From sequence record SRR31156797_3177: a stretch of 64,000 nucleotides of DNA. One strand, 5' to 3'. Each line of letters starts with the position of its first letter. The stretch's first letter is position 1. The position numbers and the translations under genes were made by a program. Under the pieces are notes generated by a model. It did not search any database. It was not told the DNA's origin and worked only from the letters and a program-made list of their open reading frames with translations. Of the stretch, positions 18,928-27,996 are shown piece by piece.

Positions 18928-19134
18928 CTAGCAGCCTTCGATAGCTTTCGCTTTTTTGGCTTTTACAGATACCTTGTCGCCTTTTTTCAATTTGTCAGCT
19001 TTTTCACAGGTCATGGTAACCTTACCGTCGGCAGCAACTTCGTCAACAGTACATTTAACTTTAGCAGCCAAAACAACACTGGCACTCATCATAAAAGCAG
19101 CAACCATTACAGCAGAAATAACCTTTTTCATCAT
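18928..19134 (-). CDS. Small exported protein with C-terminal Gly-Cys (ExtJ-like)
   Basis: Signal peptide (MMKK...VLA), two internal Cys, ends IEGC; SD AAGGAGG; family resemblance recalled, not searched. Confidence 0.75.
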   Translation of the reverse strand: MMKKVISAVMVAAFMMSASVVLAAKVKCTVDEVAADGKVTMTCEKADKLKKGDKVSVKAKKAKAIEGC

Positions 19135-19191
19135 ACCCTCCTTTAATTAATTGGAACTTAACTCAACATCTTTACAGCAATCTTTTGTGCA

Positions 19192-19220
19192 AAAGTAAGG
19201 GAAAACAAACCAGTTGTCAA
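19192..19220 (-). promoter_or_regulatory. Sigma-70 promoter for the ExtJ-like gene
   Basis: Minus strand TTGACA-17 nt-TACTTT. Confidence 0.6.
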
Positions 19221-19255
19221 CAATAAACCCAAGCATCCCCTTCGCTCAAGAGTGC

Positions 19256-19759
19256 TTAAAGAACTGATTTAATATCCTTTTCCAATAGGGCGCGAGGTAT
19301 GTATCCTGGATATTTTTTAACCACATGCCCTGCTTTGTTAATTAAAAAAGAAGTTGGAATACCAATAATTCCACCGAATTTCCGTGGTGTTCGTTTGCCT
19401 GCCATGAGTACTGGATATTTTATCTGCGACTGTTCAACAAGTTCAGCAACGACCCCAGGCCCTTTTTCATCAACAGAAAGTGCGATAACAGAAAAACCTT
19501 TATCTGCATATTTTTGATGAAGTTCTTTTAAGACTGGTATTTCCTGACGACAGGGAGCGCACCAAGTTGCAAAAAAAGTAATAAGTAAAGTTTTCCCGGT
19601 AAAGGAGGCACTGTCAACGACTTCTCCATCTGTAACTGACGGCAAAGAAAATTGCGGCAGCATATCGACTGCCCCTAAACTGTTCATAGGCAAGCTTAAT
19701 AAACACACAATACAAACCAAACCAATAATCCGCATTCTATACCACTCCATACTCTGCAT
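19256..19759 (-). CDS. TlpA/ResA-family thiol-disulfide oxidoreductase
   Basis: N-terminal hydrophobic segment, FFATWCAPC, GIPTSFLI; SD GGGAGG. Confidence 0.9.
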   Translation of the reverse strand: MQSMEWYRMRIIGLVCIVCLLSLPMNSLGAVDMLPQFSLPSVTDGEVVDSASFTGKTLLITFFATWCAPCRQEIPVLKELHQKYADKGFSVIALSVDEKGPGVVAELVEQSQIKYPVLMAGKRTPRKFGGIIGIPTSFLINKAGHVVKKYPGYIPRALLEKDIKSVL

Positions 19760-20295
19760 TATTTCCTCCCAAAAGGCTCCTATTTACCTTGACGCAGGTA
19801 GCCCCATATCGCATGACAAAATTATTACTCCTGCATATAAAAACACACTCTACCATAAATTACATGGACGAAAGCTATCTATGGCAACATACCTATTTTT
19901 TCTATAAAAAGGAAAACAAACCGCAACTGTTGACCAACCTCAGCCTGCATACTATCAGGCAGGAAAACATTATATCACAATTATTACCCAGCCTGCTTTT
20001 ACGCGTCTGGGCCACTGCTGAGCAATTAAAGATTGGGATTGAGGCGGAGCAATTATTATCCGCTGTGGTTACAACGAACTTTAGATAAAGAGAAAAGAAA
20101 CAACGCAGCCTACCTTTTGAACAAAAGATCCAGGATGCAGCTGCCTTGGAATCGATCACAGGGAAAAAAACCTGTCAAATATATGCGAGAATAAAGTAAA
20201 AATACCTGCTGAGAAACTGCGAATTACAAACCGGTAATTCCAATGCCACGTTTGTAAGTAATACACTACACCTTATAACCAGAGATTTTAAGCCC

Positions 20296-20649
20296 TCATG
20301 CCTTAATATCAAGAAGGGAGGCTGTCATCTCATCGGTGGTCTGCAGCGTTTTAAGGTTTGCATTATAAGCGTGCTGATTAACCATCATTTGCGGTATTTC
20401 TTCTGTCAGATCTACGTTTGATTTTTCAATGACAGTCTGTCCCTGAGAAGTACCCTCAAGGACGTATGCCCCTGGTGTTTCAACCTTTTTGACGACTGCA
20501 CTGACTCCTTGAGGAGGTTGTTCGGACTGAAGCACGCGCCCCTTTTTAAATCCCTCTGAGTTCATATTTGCAACATTATTTGCAGTATTGGCCATTTTGA
20601 CCCCCGCTGCACCCAGACCAGATAACGCTGAATTTATTCCACCAACCAT
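20296..20649 (-). CDS. Short flagellar basal-body rod/hook-domain protein
   Basis: SALSGL...ANNVANMNSEGFK and SNVDLTEE...YNAN; start at ATG 20649 with SD GGAGG. Confidence 0.8.
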   Translation of the reverse strand: MVGGINSALSGLGAAGVKMANTANNVANMNSEGFKKGRVLQSEQPPQGVSAVVKKVETPGAYVLEGTSQGQTVIEKSNVDLTEEIPQMMVNQHAYNANLKTLQTTDEMTASLLDIKA

Positions 20650-20906
20650 TACACTACCTCCAGAAAAAAAAGTGCTCAATTTCTTTTAAGAATACAAAAT
20701 CCGAGCCATTTTTATCAATTGAGTGATAAAGATTGCCACTCACAAGGTTCTTTTCACCAAAAAATATTGCGCCTTTACCCGCTACCGATTAGATAGTTGG
20801 ATAATAAATTATTCATAGTTATTTACCAATCCTAGACACTAGCATATTTACGCACCTCACCAAAGTCTCTCATTCCAGCCAATTCAAACAACTACTATAC
20901 TTATAC

Positions 20907-21887
20907 ATGACTGGGAAAAAATTCGTTCTCTTACTTTTATTCTTCGTCTGCACCCCATCCAGCGTACCTGCAGAACTCGTAGACCGAAGTGTCGCTATTG
21001 TCAATAATGACATTATAACGCTTTCTGAAGTCAATGAGCTAGGTCAACCTCTTTTTCAAAAGGCTGCTTCAGAGGTCCCACCTGAGCAATTAGAAGAAGT
21101 CATGGATCAGATACGTACAAGTGTTATCCAGAAGCTTATTGATAAAAGGTTGCTGCTTCAAGAAGCTGCGAAGATGCAGATAAGCATCTCAGAAGCAGAA
21201 GTTGACAATGCCCTGCAGCGTATCCTTGTTAACAATAAAATTACACGCGAACAGTTCGTGGAGGAGCTCAAATCAATAGGCATGACAGAGTTGCTCTATC
21301 GCGAGGACCTCAAAGGCCAGATATTACGTTCTAAACTTGTCAACTACGAGGTTCGCTCCAAGGTTATCATCCCGGAAGAAAAAATTATTGACTATTATGA
21401 CCTGCATTACACCGAGCAAGTAGGCGAAGGCGGCTACTATATCTTACAAATCGGAACGTCCAGGAATGCGACGGATGCCAACGGCAAAAAACTAAGCCAA
21501 GAAAAGGCAAAAGCAAAAATATCAAAAGTGCATGACCTCGCTCAAAAAGGGGAAAACTTCAAAGAACTTGCTCGCCAGTATTCAGACCTTCCGTCGGCTC
21601 AAGATGGCGGCGACATAGGTATTTTTCAGGTAAAAGAAATGGCACCCTTTATGCGGGATGCTATTGTTGGACTTAAACCTGGTCAGATCAGTAAGATTGT
21701 TGAAACCCCTTCCGGATACCAATTCTTCAGCATATTATCCAGCCAGGAGGGACAAATTATAACTAAGATACCATACGAAACTGTCAAAGAAGAAATACGA
21801 GAAAAGCTGTATCAACAGGAGATGCAGCTATTATATAAAACCTGGATTAAAAGTATCCGGGACAAGGCATATATAAAAATCCTGTGA
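20907..21887 (+). CDS. surA: SurA-family peptidyl-prolyl isomerase/chaperone
   Basis: Signal peptide, VDRSVAIVNNDIITLSE, parvulin FKELARQYSD...GGDIG. Confidence 0.85.
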   Translation: MTGKKFVLLLLFFVCTPSSVPAELVDRSVAIVNNDIITLSEVNELGQPLFQKAASEVPPEQLEEVMDQIRTSVIQKLIDKRLLLQEAAKMQISISEAEVDNALQRILVNNKITREQFVEELKSIGMTELLYREDLKGQILRSKLVNYEVRSKVIIPEEKIIDYYDLHYTEQVGEGGYYILQIGTSRNATDANGKKLSQEKAKAKISKVHDLAQKGENFKELARQYSDLPSAQDGGDIGIFQVKEMAPFMRDAIVGLKPGQISKIVETPSGYQFFSILSSQEGQIITKIPYETVKEEIREKLYQQEMQLLYKTWIKSIRDKAYIKIL

Positions 21888-21911
21888 ACGTAGGGCACTG
21901 CAGTAGAAAAC

Positions 21912-22694
21912 ATGCGCGTAAAAGATAAAAATAATCATCCAACAGAGCAAAAAGTCGTCGGTAGCCACCTCAAGCACCTTCGTGAAGAAAAAGGTCTCAG
22001 TTATGAGGAGGTATCAAATGAAACTAAAATATCAGTGGCAAACCTGAAAGCCATGGAAGCCCATGACTTTGCCAAGTTGCCTGCAGATACTTTCACTCGA
22101 GGACTCCTCACCATATACGGCAATTTTTTGGGTATTGATGGGCAGCTTGCTGCCACGCGATTTATCAAAGAACGTAATAACGGAAAAAAGCCGGATCGTC
22201 TCAACAAAATAGGGATTAACGGTCACTCTCTTGCACCCAAAAAACTTGCAGAGCCCTCCCATATCCCTTCTGCAACCGCAGCGGCCTTTCTTCTGGCACT
22301 GATAGCCCTTTCTTTTACCGGATTTTGCCTGTATACAGCGTGGAATCCCTTTTCATTTTTCACCGATACCACCAAAGATATCACCTCAACAATCATGGCG
22401 GTTTTCGATGATTCGCCTCCATCAGTAATAAAAATTATTGAAGGAGACCACATTCTGCTCAGGGCTCACTTTCTACAAGATGCCTCGGTAGAGGTAAATA
22501 TAGATGACCAGCCTACCGTGCATCAGGCATTTTTAAAAAACAAACAGGCTGAGTGGGGTGCAGATGACCGTTTACTCCTCCGCTTTTCAGAACCTGCAAG
22601 TGCAAAGCTTACGCTCAATGGCAAGCCATTTCCATTTGATGAAGCACATTCAGGCGAATTCGAACTACAGCTTAAGAAAGGCCTGGAAGATTAA
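21912..22694 (+). CDS. rodZ: RodZ-like HTH membrane protein
   Basis: N-terminal HTH (LREEKGLSYEEVS, FTRGLL..Y..FLG), TM helix, C-terminal beta domain. Confidence 0.75.
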   Translation: MRVKDKNNHPTEQKVVGSHLKHLREEKGLSYEEVSNETKISVANLKAMEAHDFAKLPADTFTRGLLTIYGNFLGIDGQLAATRFIKERNNGKKPDRLNKIGINGHSLAPKKLAEPSHIPSATAAAFLLALIALSFTGFCLYTAWNPFSFFTDTTKDITSTIMAVFDDSPPSVIKIIEGDHILLRAHFLQDASVEVNIDDQPTVHQAFLKNKQAEWGADDRLLLRFSEPASAKLTLNGKPFPFDEAHSGEFELQLKKGLED

Positions 22695-23452
22695 TGAATA
22701 TATCCAGTACCCACTGCCTGGTACTGAAAACAACTGATCACGGAGAGTCAGACAAACTTGTTACCCTTTTCAGCGAAAACCTTGGCAAGGTAACCGGAAT
22801 TGCCAAAGGAGCCAAGCGCAGTAAAAAACGTTTTGTCAACAAGCTGGAACCCTTCTCTAAGATTCTCGTTTCCTACAAACCATCCCGTACGAGTTCCCTC
22901 CTGTTCATCGCTGGTGCAGAGTTAGAAAACGCCTTTCTTTCACTCCGCCAGTCATATCAAAAATATGCAGGAGCCATGTATCTCTGTGAACTCATTCTTC
23001 GATTTACAAAAGATAAAGATCCCGAATGCGGCCTGTTTTTGCTGTTAAACTGGGCGTTACATTCCCTTGACCAAGGCGATCGCCCTCTTAAGATAGCGGC
23101 TTTGTTTCATATCAGGTTGCTTGACATTGCCGGGTATAGACCGGAATTGGAGTGCTGCAGTCAATGTTACAGGCCCATATCCCCAAGAAACACCTACACC
23201 ATACAACCCGGCATCGGCGCCTTGCTCTGCAACCAATGCCAGTCTGGCAGGACAATGCTTACACGACAACTCTCTGTACAGACATTAAAGTTTTTAGAAA
23301 AGGCTCAGGGTGTTAATCTGGGGCATCTCAGACGCCTACAGCTTCCAGACAAAGCTGCCAGGGAAACATTGTACACTCTCCATGGCTACTCGTGCTCACT
23401 GTTGCAGCAAGATATTAATGCCTGGAAAAATCTCATTGCAACAGCCAAATAA
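22694..23452 (+). CDS. recO: DNA repair protein RecO
   Basis: GESDKLVTLFS, AKGAKRSKKRF, LEPF, CxxC...CxxC zinc finger. Confidence 0.93.
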   Translation: MNISSTHCLVLKTTDHGESDKLVTLFSENLGKVTGIAKGAKRSKKRFVNKLEPFSKILVSYKPSRTSSLLFIAGAELENAFLSLRQSYQKYAGAMYLCELILRFTKDKDPECGLFLLLNWALHSLDQGDRPLKIAALFHIRLLDIAGYRPELECCSQCYRPISPRNTYTIQPGIGALLCNQCQSGRTMLTRQLSVQTLKFLEKAQGVNLGHLRRLQLPDKAARETLYTLHGYSCSLLQQDINAWKNLIATAK

Positions 23453-23672
23453 CAATACGAGTGTCTGAAATATATTGGTTTTACTACATGTTCAACAGCA
23501 CCCACGTAGTCTGTGCTGACCTCAGGCATATTGCCAGGCAAGAAAACATAGCATGCGTATAGTGACACACCCTCCTTGCACACCTCTGGAGCACTGCTGA
23601 ACAGTTAGAGATCGAGGGTAAGGGGAGGTTTACTTGTTGTTCGCCGATTAGTGAACTTTCTACAAACCACCC

Positions 23673-26600
23673 TTAAGAGTTACGAATCAGCGACAGCAAC
23701 TCATCAGCGCTGATACGGGCGCTGACATCTGCCCCTTCAAGTAACGAATTAGCAAGATCTCTTTTTTCCTGATGCAGACGAACTATTTTTTCTTCAATGG
23801 TGCCAGCGGTCACAAGCCTGTAAACAGTTACCGGTCGTTTCTGGCCGATACGATGCGCCCTGTCTGCCGCTTGGTCCTCTACAGCAGGATTCCACCATGG
23901 ATCCATGTGAATGACGTAATCAGCTGCAGTCAAATTCAATCCAAGTCCACCGGCCTTCAGGCTAATTAGAAACAGATCCCCTTCACCAGCCTGAAAGCTT
24001 TCTACCTGCCGTTGTCGCTCTTTTGCCGGCGTTGTTCCATCCAGGTATTTATAAGATATCTTCTGTTCATCCAAAAAGGCACGTAGTAGAGCAAGGTGGC
24101 CGGTAAACTGACTAAAGACCAATGCCTTATGTCTACCACCCAAGAGTTCTTCTACCACCTCTTGAAAAACTTTTAGTTTGGTGGAAGGGATTTTGGTATT
24201 GGGGTCGATCAATTTTGGATTACAACACGCTCTCCTGAGCCGCATGATCTCGGCAAGAATACGTAAATGACGCCCGTTCTTTTCTGCACTTCCTTCTATA
24301 TTTTCGATTGCCTGCTGTCTCAACGCTTCGTAGAACTGCAGCTCTTCTGGCTGCATCTCAACTCTTAAAGTAATCTCGGTTCTTGGAGGCAACTCATCTA
24401 GAACCTGGGATTTAATTCGGCGCAACATGAAAGGGCGGATCAATTTTTTAAGTGATCTGCGGGCATCTCGATCATGATATTTTTCGATCGGAATTCCAAA
24501 CCGGGTGTTAAATTGCTTATAAGTACCAAGCAAACCACGGTTGATGAAACTAAACAAATTCCACAACTCACCTAAATGATTCTCAATCGGCGTACCTGTG
24601 GTGATCAACCTAAACTTGGCATTGATCTTCATAGCTGCTCGCGATCGCTTGGTTGCTGCATTTTTTATGGCCTGGGCCTCATCAAGCACAACCGATTGCC
24701 ACTGCACTTTTTCTAACAGGTCTATTTCCTGCTGTAACAGAGTGTAACTGGTAATAAGCAAATCAAACTTACCCAACTTCTCTATAGTTTCTTCCCTGTT
24801 CTGGCTTAAAAACTGGTGAATGGTAAAAGTTGGGGCAAACTTATTCACTTCTGTTTCCCAGTTCATGCATACAGAAGTAGGTGCAATAACTAATGTCGGC
24901 CCCTTTTCAGCCATACTCAAAATAACGGTTATTGCCTGCAGAGTCTTACCCAGCCCCATGTCATCTGCAAGGCATGCGCCGATACCGAGGCTGGCTAAAC
25001 GACTCATCCAGATAAAACCATCCTGCTGGTAATCACGCAGCTCCGCCTTAATGGTAGACGGAATCTGGGGAGTGGATTCCTGTGTATCTGCAATGGCTTT
25101 GAGTTGGCGTTTCCACCCTTCGTCGACATTTGTCTGCGCCTGCTGCGTAAATTCATCAAGTGCAATTGCGGCAAGAGGGTGAACTGCAACTTCATCATCC
25201 TCACCGAACTCACTATTTCCTATCAAGATTAATTCTTCAAGCCGGTTGCGAAATTCTTGGGTTAAAGCTAAAAATTGCCCGTCTCCCATTGGAATAAAGC
25301 GACTTTGGGCTTCACTCACTTTTTCCAGTAATGTTTTCAGGCCAATGACCTCATCCTGATCGATCTGAAGTTGCCCTGATAGCGCAAACCAGTCCTGCTG
25401 GCTGGTACGAATATTGAGATTCAACTGATTAACGCTTATCTGTCGACGGATTGAAATTTTTTCTCCCTCTGGCCACTCTAGGACCACCCGATCCTTAATT
25501 TCTTCGAGCTCAAGCAAAACCTGCAGGCACTCCTCAGGATCAAAGAGATGCCATTCCCGCTTGTCTTCCTGCTCCAGATCGATTGCCAGGTCAAGCATAG
25601 GACAACTTTCTTCGATCTCTCTCGCCTTCTGCTCTTCCTGCAGTAAATTCCTGCGAGTCTGCAGTCGTTTACCAGCAATTTCTGCCATCAGATTGGAAAC
25701 ACCTATTCCAGGTTTTAAATATGGCCCCCCTTTGGAGAACGGCCTAACAAACATTTCCAACCTGAAGCCACTGCCATACGGGATAATATGTATGTGGATC
25801 GTGGGGTCACTATCCACCAATTCAGCCTGTTCCCCCTCGCTCACCATCTCTATGGATGAATGAACAGTCATAAAAGAGGCGATATTGCCGATTGCATCAA
25901 GAACCTGCTGGCTGGCCTCCATGGGTACATACAAACCGCTCTTACCTGTTATTTCAGCGACTTTCCGGTGCTCATCCCGGATTTTTATAATGCGAAATCG
26001 AGTTGGTGTCTCTTTCCAAATAGCAATATTGCCATCACCAATATCCTGAGAGAAATGAATGAAAAGCGTGTCGCCCTTCTGCTCCACAACAAGCTCTGGC
26101 TCTCCGGTAACCAGCTCCACCGGCGTTCGCTGTGATTGCTCTAAAAATACATGAGGGTGCCCGACCAGCAAAAGCAGAGCCTGGTCTTTTTCAAAATCAC
26201 ACCCTCCATTTCGACCTGTCACCTCGCCAACCTGATGTATGGTTTCACAAACCTGACGATCCTGGCTTGTGAGGTAAGCAAAATCTTTGGTGTGCATCAA
26301 TCGATTCAAGGCGACAGAGCGACCCTTAGTCCACCCTCCCGAACTGGTTCGTTTCTGCTCCTTTGGCTGTACAGCCAAAGCATTAGGTTCATATCGCACA
26401 AACCACGCTAATCTGGTCGTTCGTTGAGGCTCCCCTACCTTTCTCGTTATCTGGATCAACTCCTGCAAACTTTGTTTCCAGGAAGTTTTCGGAGAAATAA
26501 TGTGGGTGAGAAAACGACACTGCAGATGTGCGGCAAGTTCATCGGCAATCATTTTTTTCTCTTCCTGCTCTTCACCCACAGTGGCAAGCAACTCCGCTGT

Positions 26601-27833
26601 TTCCATTGCCAGCCAGTCAAAGGTGTTCAACCTCGCCTGTTCATAAAGAGCAGAAAGTGCATTTTGAAAGTCTACAGGTATCTCGACGCCGATCCAGTAT
26701 AGGGAAAGAACTGCAACTAAAGTTGTCAGGCTCCTCTCTTCAGCTGCAAGTCGATCGGTCAATGCCATCATGTCTGGCAGGGTCCCTTCCGGGGCTCGGA
26801 TCACTGTTTCAAGAAAACGATACGGCACTTCTTCTGGACAGCCCTGACAGCGCTGCAGCACTGTCGCTACCGCATTTTGAATGGCCTGTCGATCGCCGTC
26901 CTCGTTCCTTGCGAGCAGGGCAAAAATCGAAAATAGCCCAGGAAGACCAAAGAAAAAAACGGGGCTATCACCTGCATATTCCTGCAGTCGTTGCCGATCC
27001 TCTTCAAAAAGACGTAACGCCTCACTGACATCACCACACAAAAAAGTAACACTACCAGCATATCCCGACCCCTGAAACGAGTCACCATGCTTTACCAGTA
27101 ATGTATTGAGGTCAGCAAAACGGCCCTGAAGCAAATAATAATTCGCAAGCAGTCGATGAAAAGGTACCATTTCGATACTGGAAACTGACAAGGCAACTTC
27201 GTGTTCAAGATAGGCAATAACATCGGGGAAGTGTTGCAGACTTTCAAGAGAATACCTCACCACCTGCTCAAGCAGGTAAAACTGCAAGGAACCAGGTAAG
27301 CTACTCAACCATTCAGGGTCAAAGGCACCCGCCGTAACGATGACTGCCGGTGGGTCTGTCTGCAATTCCTGACCGCATTCCTGATCTAAAAATGCCAAAG
27401 CCTCATCAATCCGATCAAAATCCTCCAGGTACACACCTATACGAAACTGCCTGAGAGCTCGCCAGCAACGGGTGGCCCGTTTGCCAGAATGATAGGAGAC
27501 AGGGGCTTCCTTTTCTATAAAAGCTACGAACTTTTCAAAACGTTTTTCACTAATTGCCGATCGAGTTAAATACTCGGCACTTACCTGTTCACATTGATTT
27601 TTACCGTTCAAATATCCGGTCGCCTGCAATTTCTTTATAGCGGCATCAATGTCCTCTTTTCCTGGTCGTTTAGCATCCGGAAAACTGACCCCTACTTTGG
27701 CAATACATTTTGTTAAAAAGGCCTTGGAGACAGGTTCATAAATAACAGAAGCTAGCTGCAGCAGCAGCTTTTCCAAAAAGGTAAATTCTTCAAACGAGAT
27801 AAGACTTTTTTTTGCGTGGTTTGTTACAGGCAT
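23673..27833 (-). CDS. SNF2-family (DEAD/H superfamily 2) ATPase with long N-terminal region
   Basis: LRDYQ, LADDMGLGKT, LDEAQ, TGTPIEN, FSQF, SLKAGGLGLNL, QAADRAHRIGQ. Confidence 0.93.
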   Translation of the reverse strand: MPVTNHAKKSLISFEEFTFLEKLLLQLASVIYEPVSKAFLTKCIAKVGVSFPDAKRPGKEDIDAAIKKLQATGYLNGKNQCEQVSAEYLTRSAISEKRFEKFVAFIEKEAPVSYHSGKRATRCWRALRQFRIGVYLEDFDRIDEALAFLDQECGQELQTDPPAVIVTAGAFDPEWLSSLPGSLQFYLLEQVVRYSLESLQHFPDVIAYLEHEVALSVSSIEMVPFHRLLANYYLLQGRFADLNTLLVKHGDSFQGSGYAGSVTFLCGDVSEALRLFEEDRQRLQEYAGDSPVFFFGLPGLFSIFALLARNEDGDRQAIQNAVATVLQRCQGCPEEVPYRFLETVIRAPEGTLPDMMALTDRLAAEERSLTTLVAVLSLYWIGVEIPVDFQNALSALYEQARLNTFDWLAMETAELLATVGEEQEEKKMIADELAAHLQCRFLTHIISPKTSWKQSLQELIQITRKVGEPQRTTRLAWFVRYEPNALAVQPKEQKRTSSGGWTKGRSVALNRLMHTKDFAYLTSQDRQVCETIHQVGEVTGRNGGCDFEKDQALLLLVGHPHVFLEQSQRTPVELVTGEPELVVEQKGDTLFIHFSQDIGDGNIAIWKETPTRFRIIKIRDEHRKVAEITGKSGLYVPMEASQQVLDAIGNIASFMTVHSSIEMVSEGEQAELVDSDPTIHIHIIPYGSGFRLEMFVRPFSKGGPYLKPGIGVSNLMAEIAGKRLQTRRNLLQEEQKAREIEESCPMLDLAIDLEQEDKREWHLFDPEECLQVLLELEEIKDRVVLEWPEGEKISIRRQISVNQLNLNIRTSQQDWFALSGQLQIDQDEVIGLKTLLEKVSEAQSRFIPMGDGQFLALTQEFRNRLEELILIGNSEFGEDDEVAVHPLAAIALDEFTQQAQTNVDEGWKRQLKAIADTQESTPQIPSTIKAELRDYQQDGFIWMSRLASLGIGACLADDMGLGKTLQAITVILSMAEKGPTLVIAPTSVCMNWETEVNKFAPTFTIHQFLSQNREETIEKLGKFDLLITSYTLLQQEIDLLEKVQWQSVVLDEAQAIKNAATKRSRAAMKINAKFRLITTGTPIENHLGELWNLFSFINRGLLGTYKQFNTRFGIPIEKYHDRDARRSLKKLIRPFMLRRIKSQVLDELPPRTEITLRVEMQPEELQFYEALRQQAIENIEGSAEKNGRHLRILAEIMRLRRACCNPKLIDPNTKIPSTKLKVFQEVVEELLGGRHKALVFSQFTGHLALLRAFLDEQKISYKYLDGTTPAKERQRQVESFQAGEGDLFLISLKAGGLGLNLTAADYVIHMDPWWNPAVEDQAADRAHRIGQKRPVTVYRLVTAGTIEEKIVRLHQEKRDLANSLLEGADVSARISADELLSLIRNS

Positions 27834-27917
27834 TAATTTTACCAGTCAGATGCCCGAAAATGGGCGACAACGATGTTAACACTCCTGGGAGCGTATGATT
27901 TGAACAATAACCATATT

Positions 27918-27949
27918 AAAAAAAACACCCCGACAAAAATGCCGAGGTG
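27918..27949 (-). terminator. Intrinsic terminator after ppiD
   Basis: Minus strand cacctcggca-tttt-tgtcggggtg followed by a T run. Confidence 0.7.
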
Positions 27950-27996
27950 GGGACAAAATTATGAAGCGGGCGATTAAAATATGCAAAGCACCAGGC

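Noticed and set aside
19789..20159. 99-aa (+) and 85-aa (-) ORFs in the TlpA-flagellar gene spacer
   Set aside because: Weak starts, no SD, no motifs, mutually overlapping; treated as non-coding
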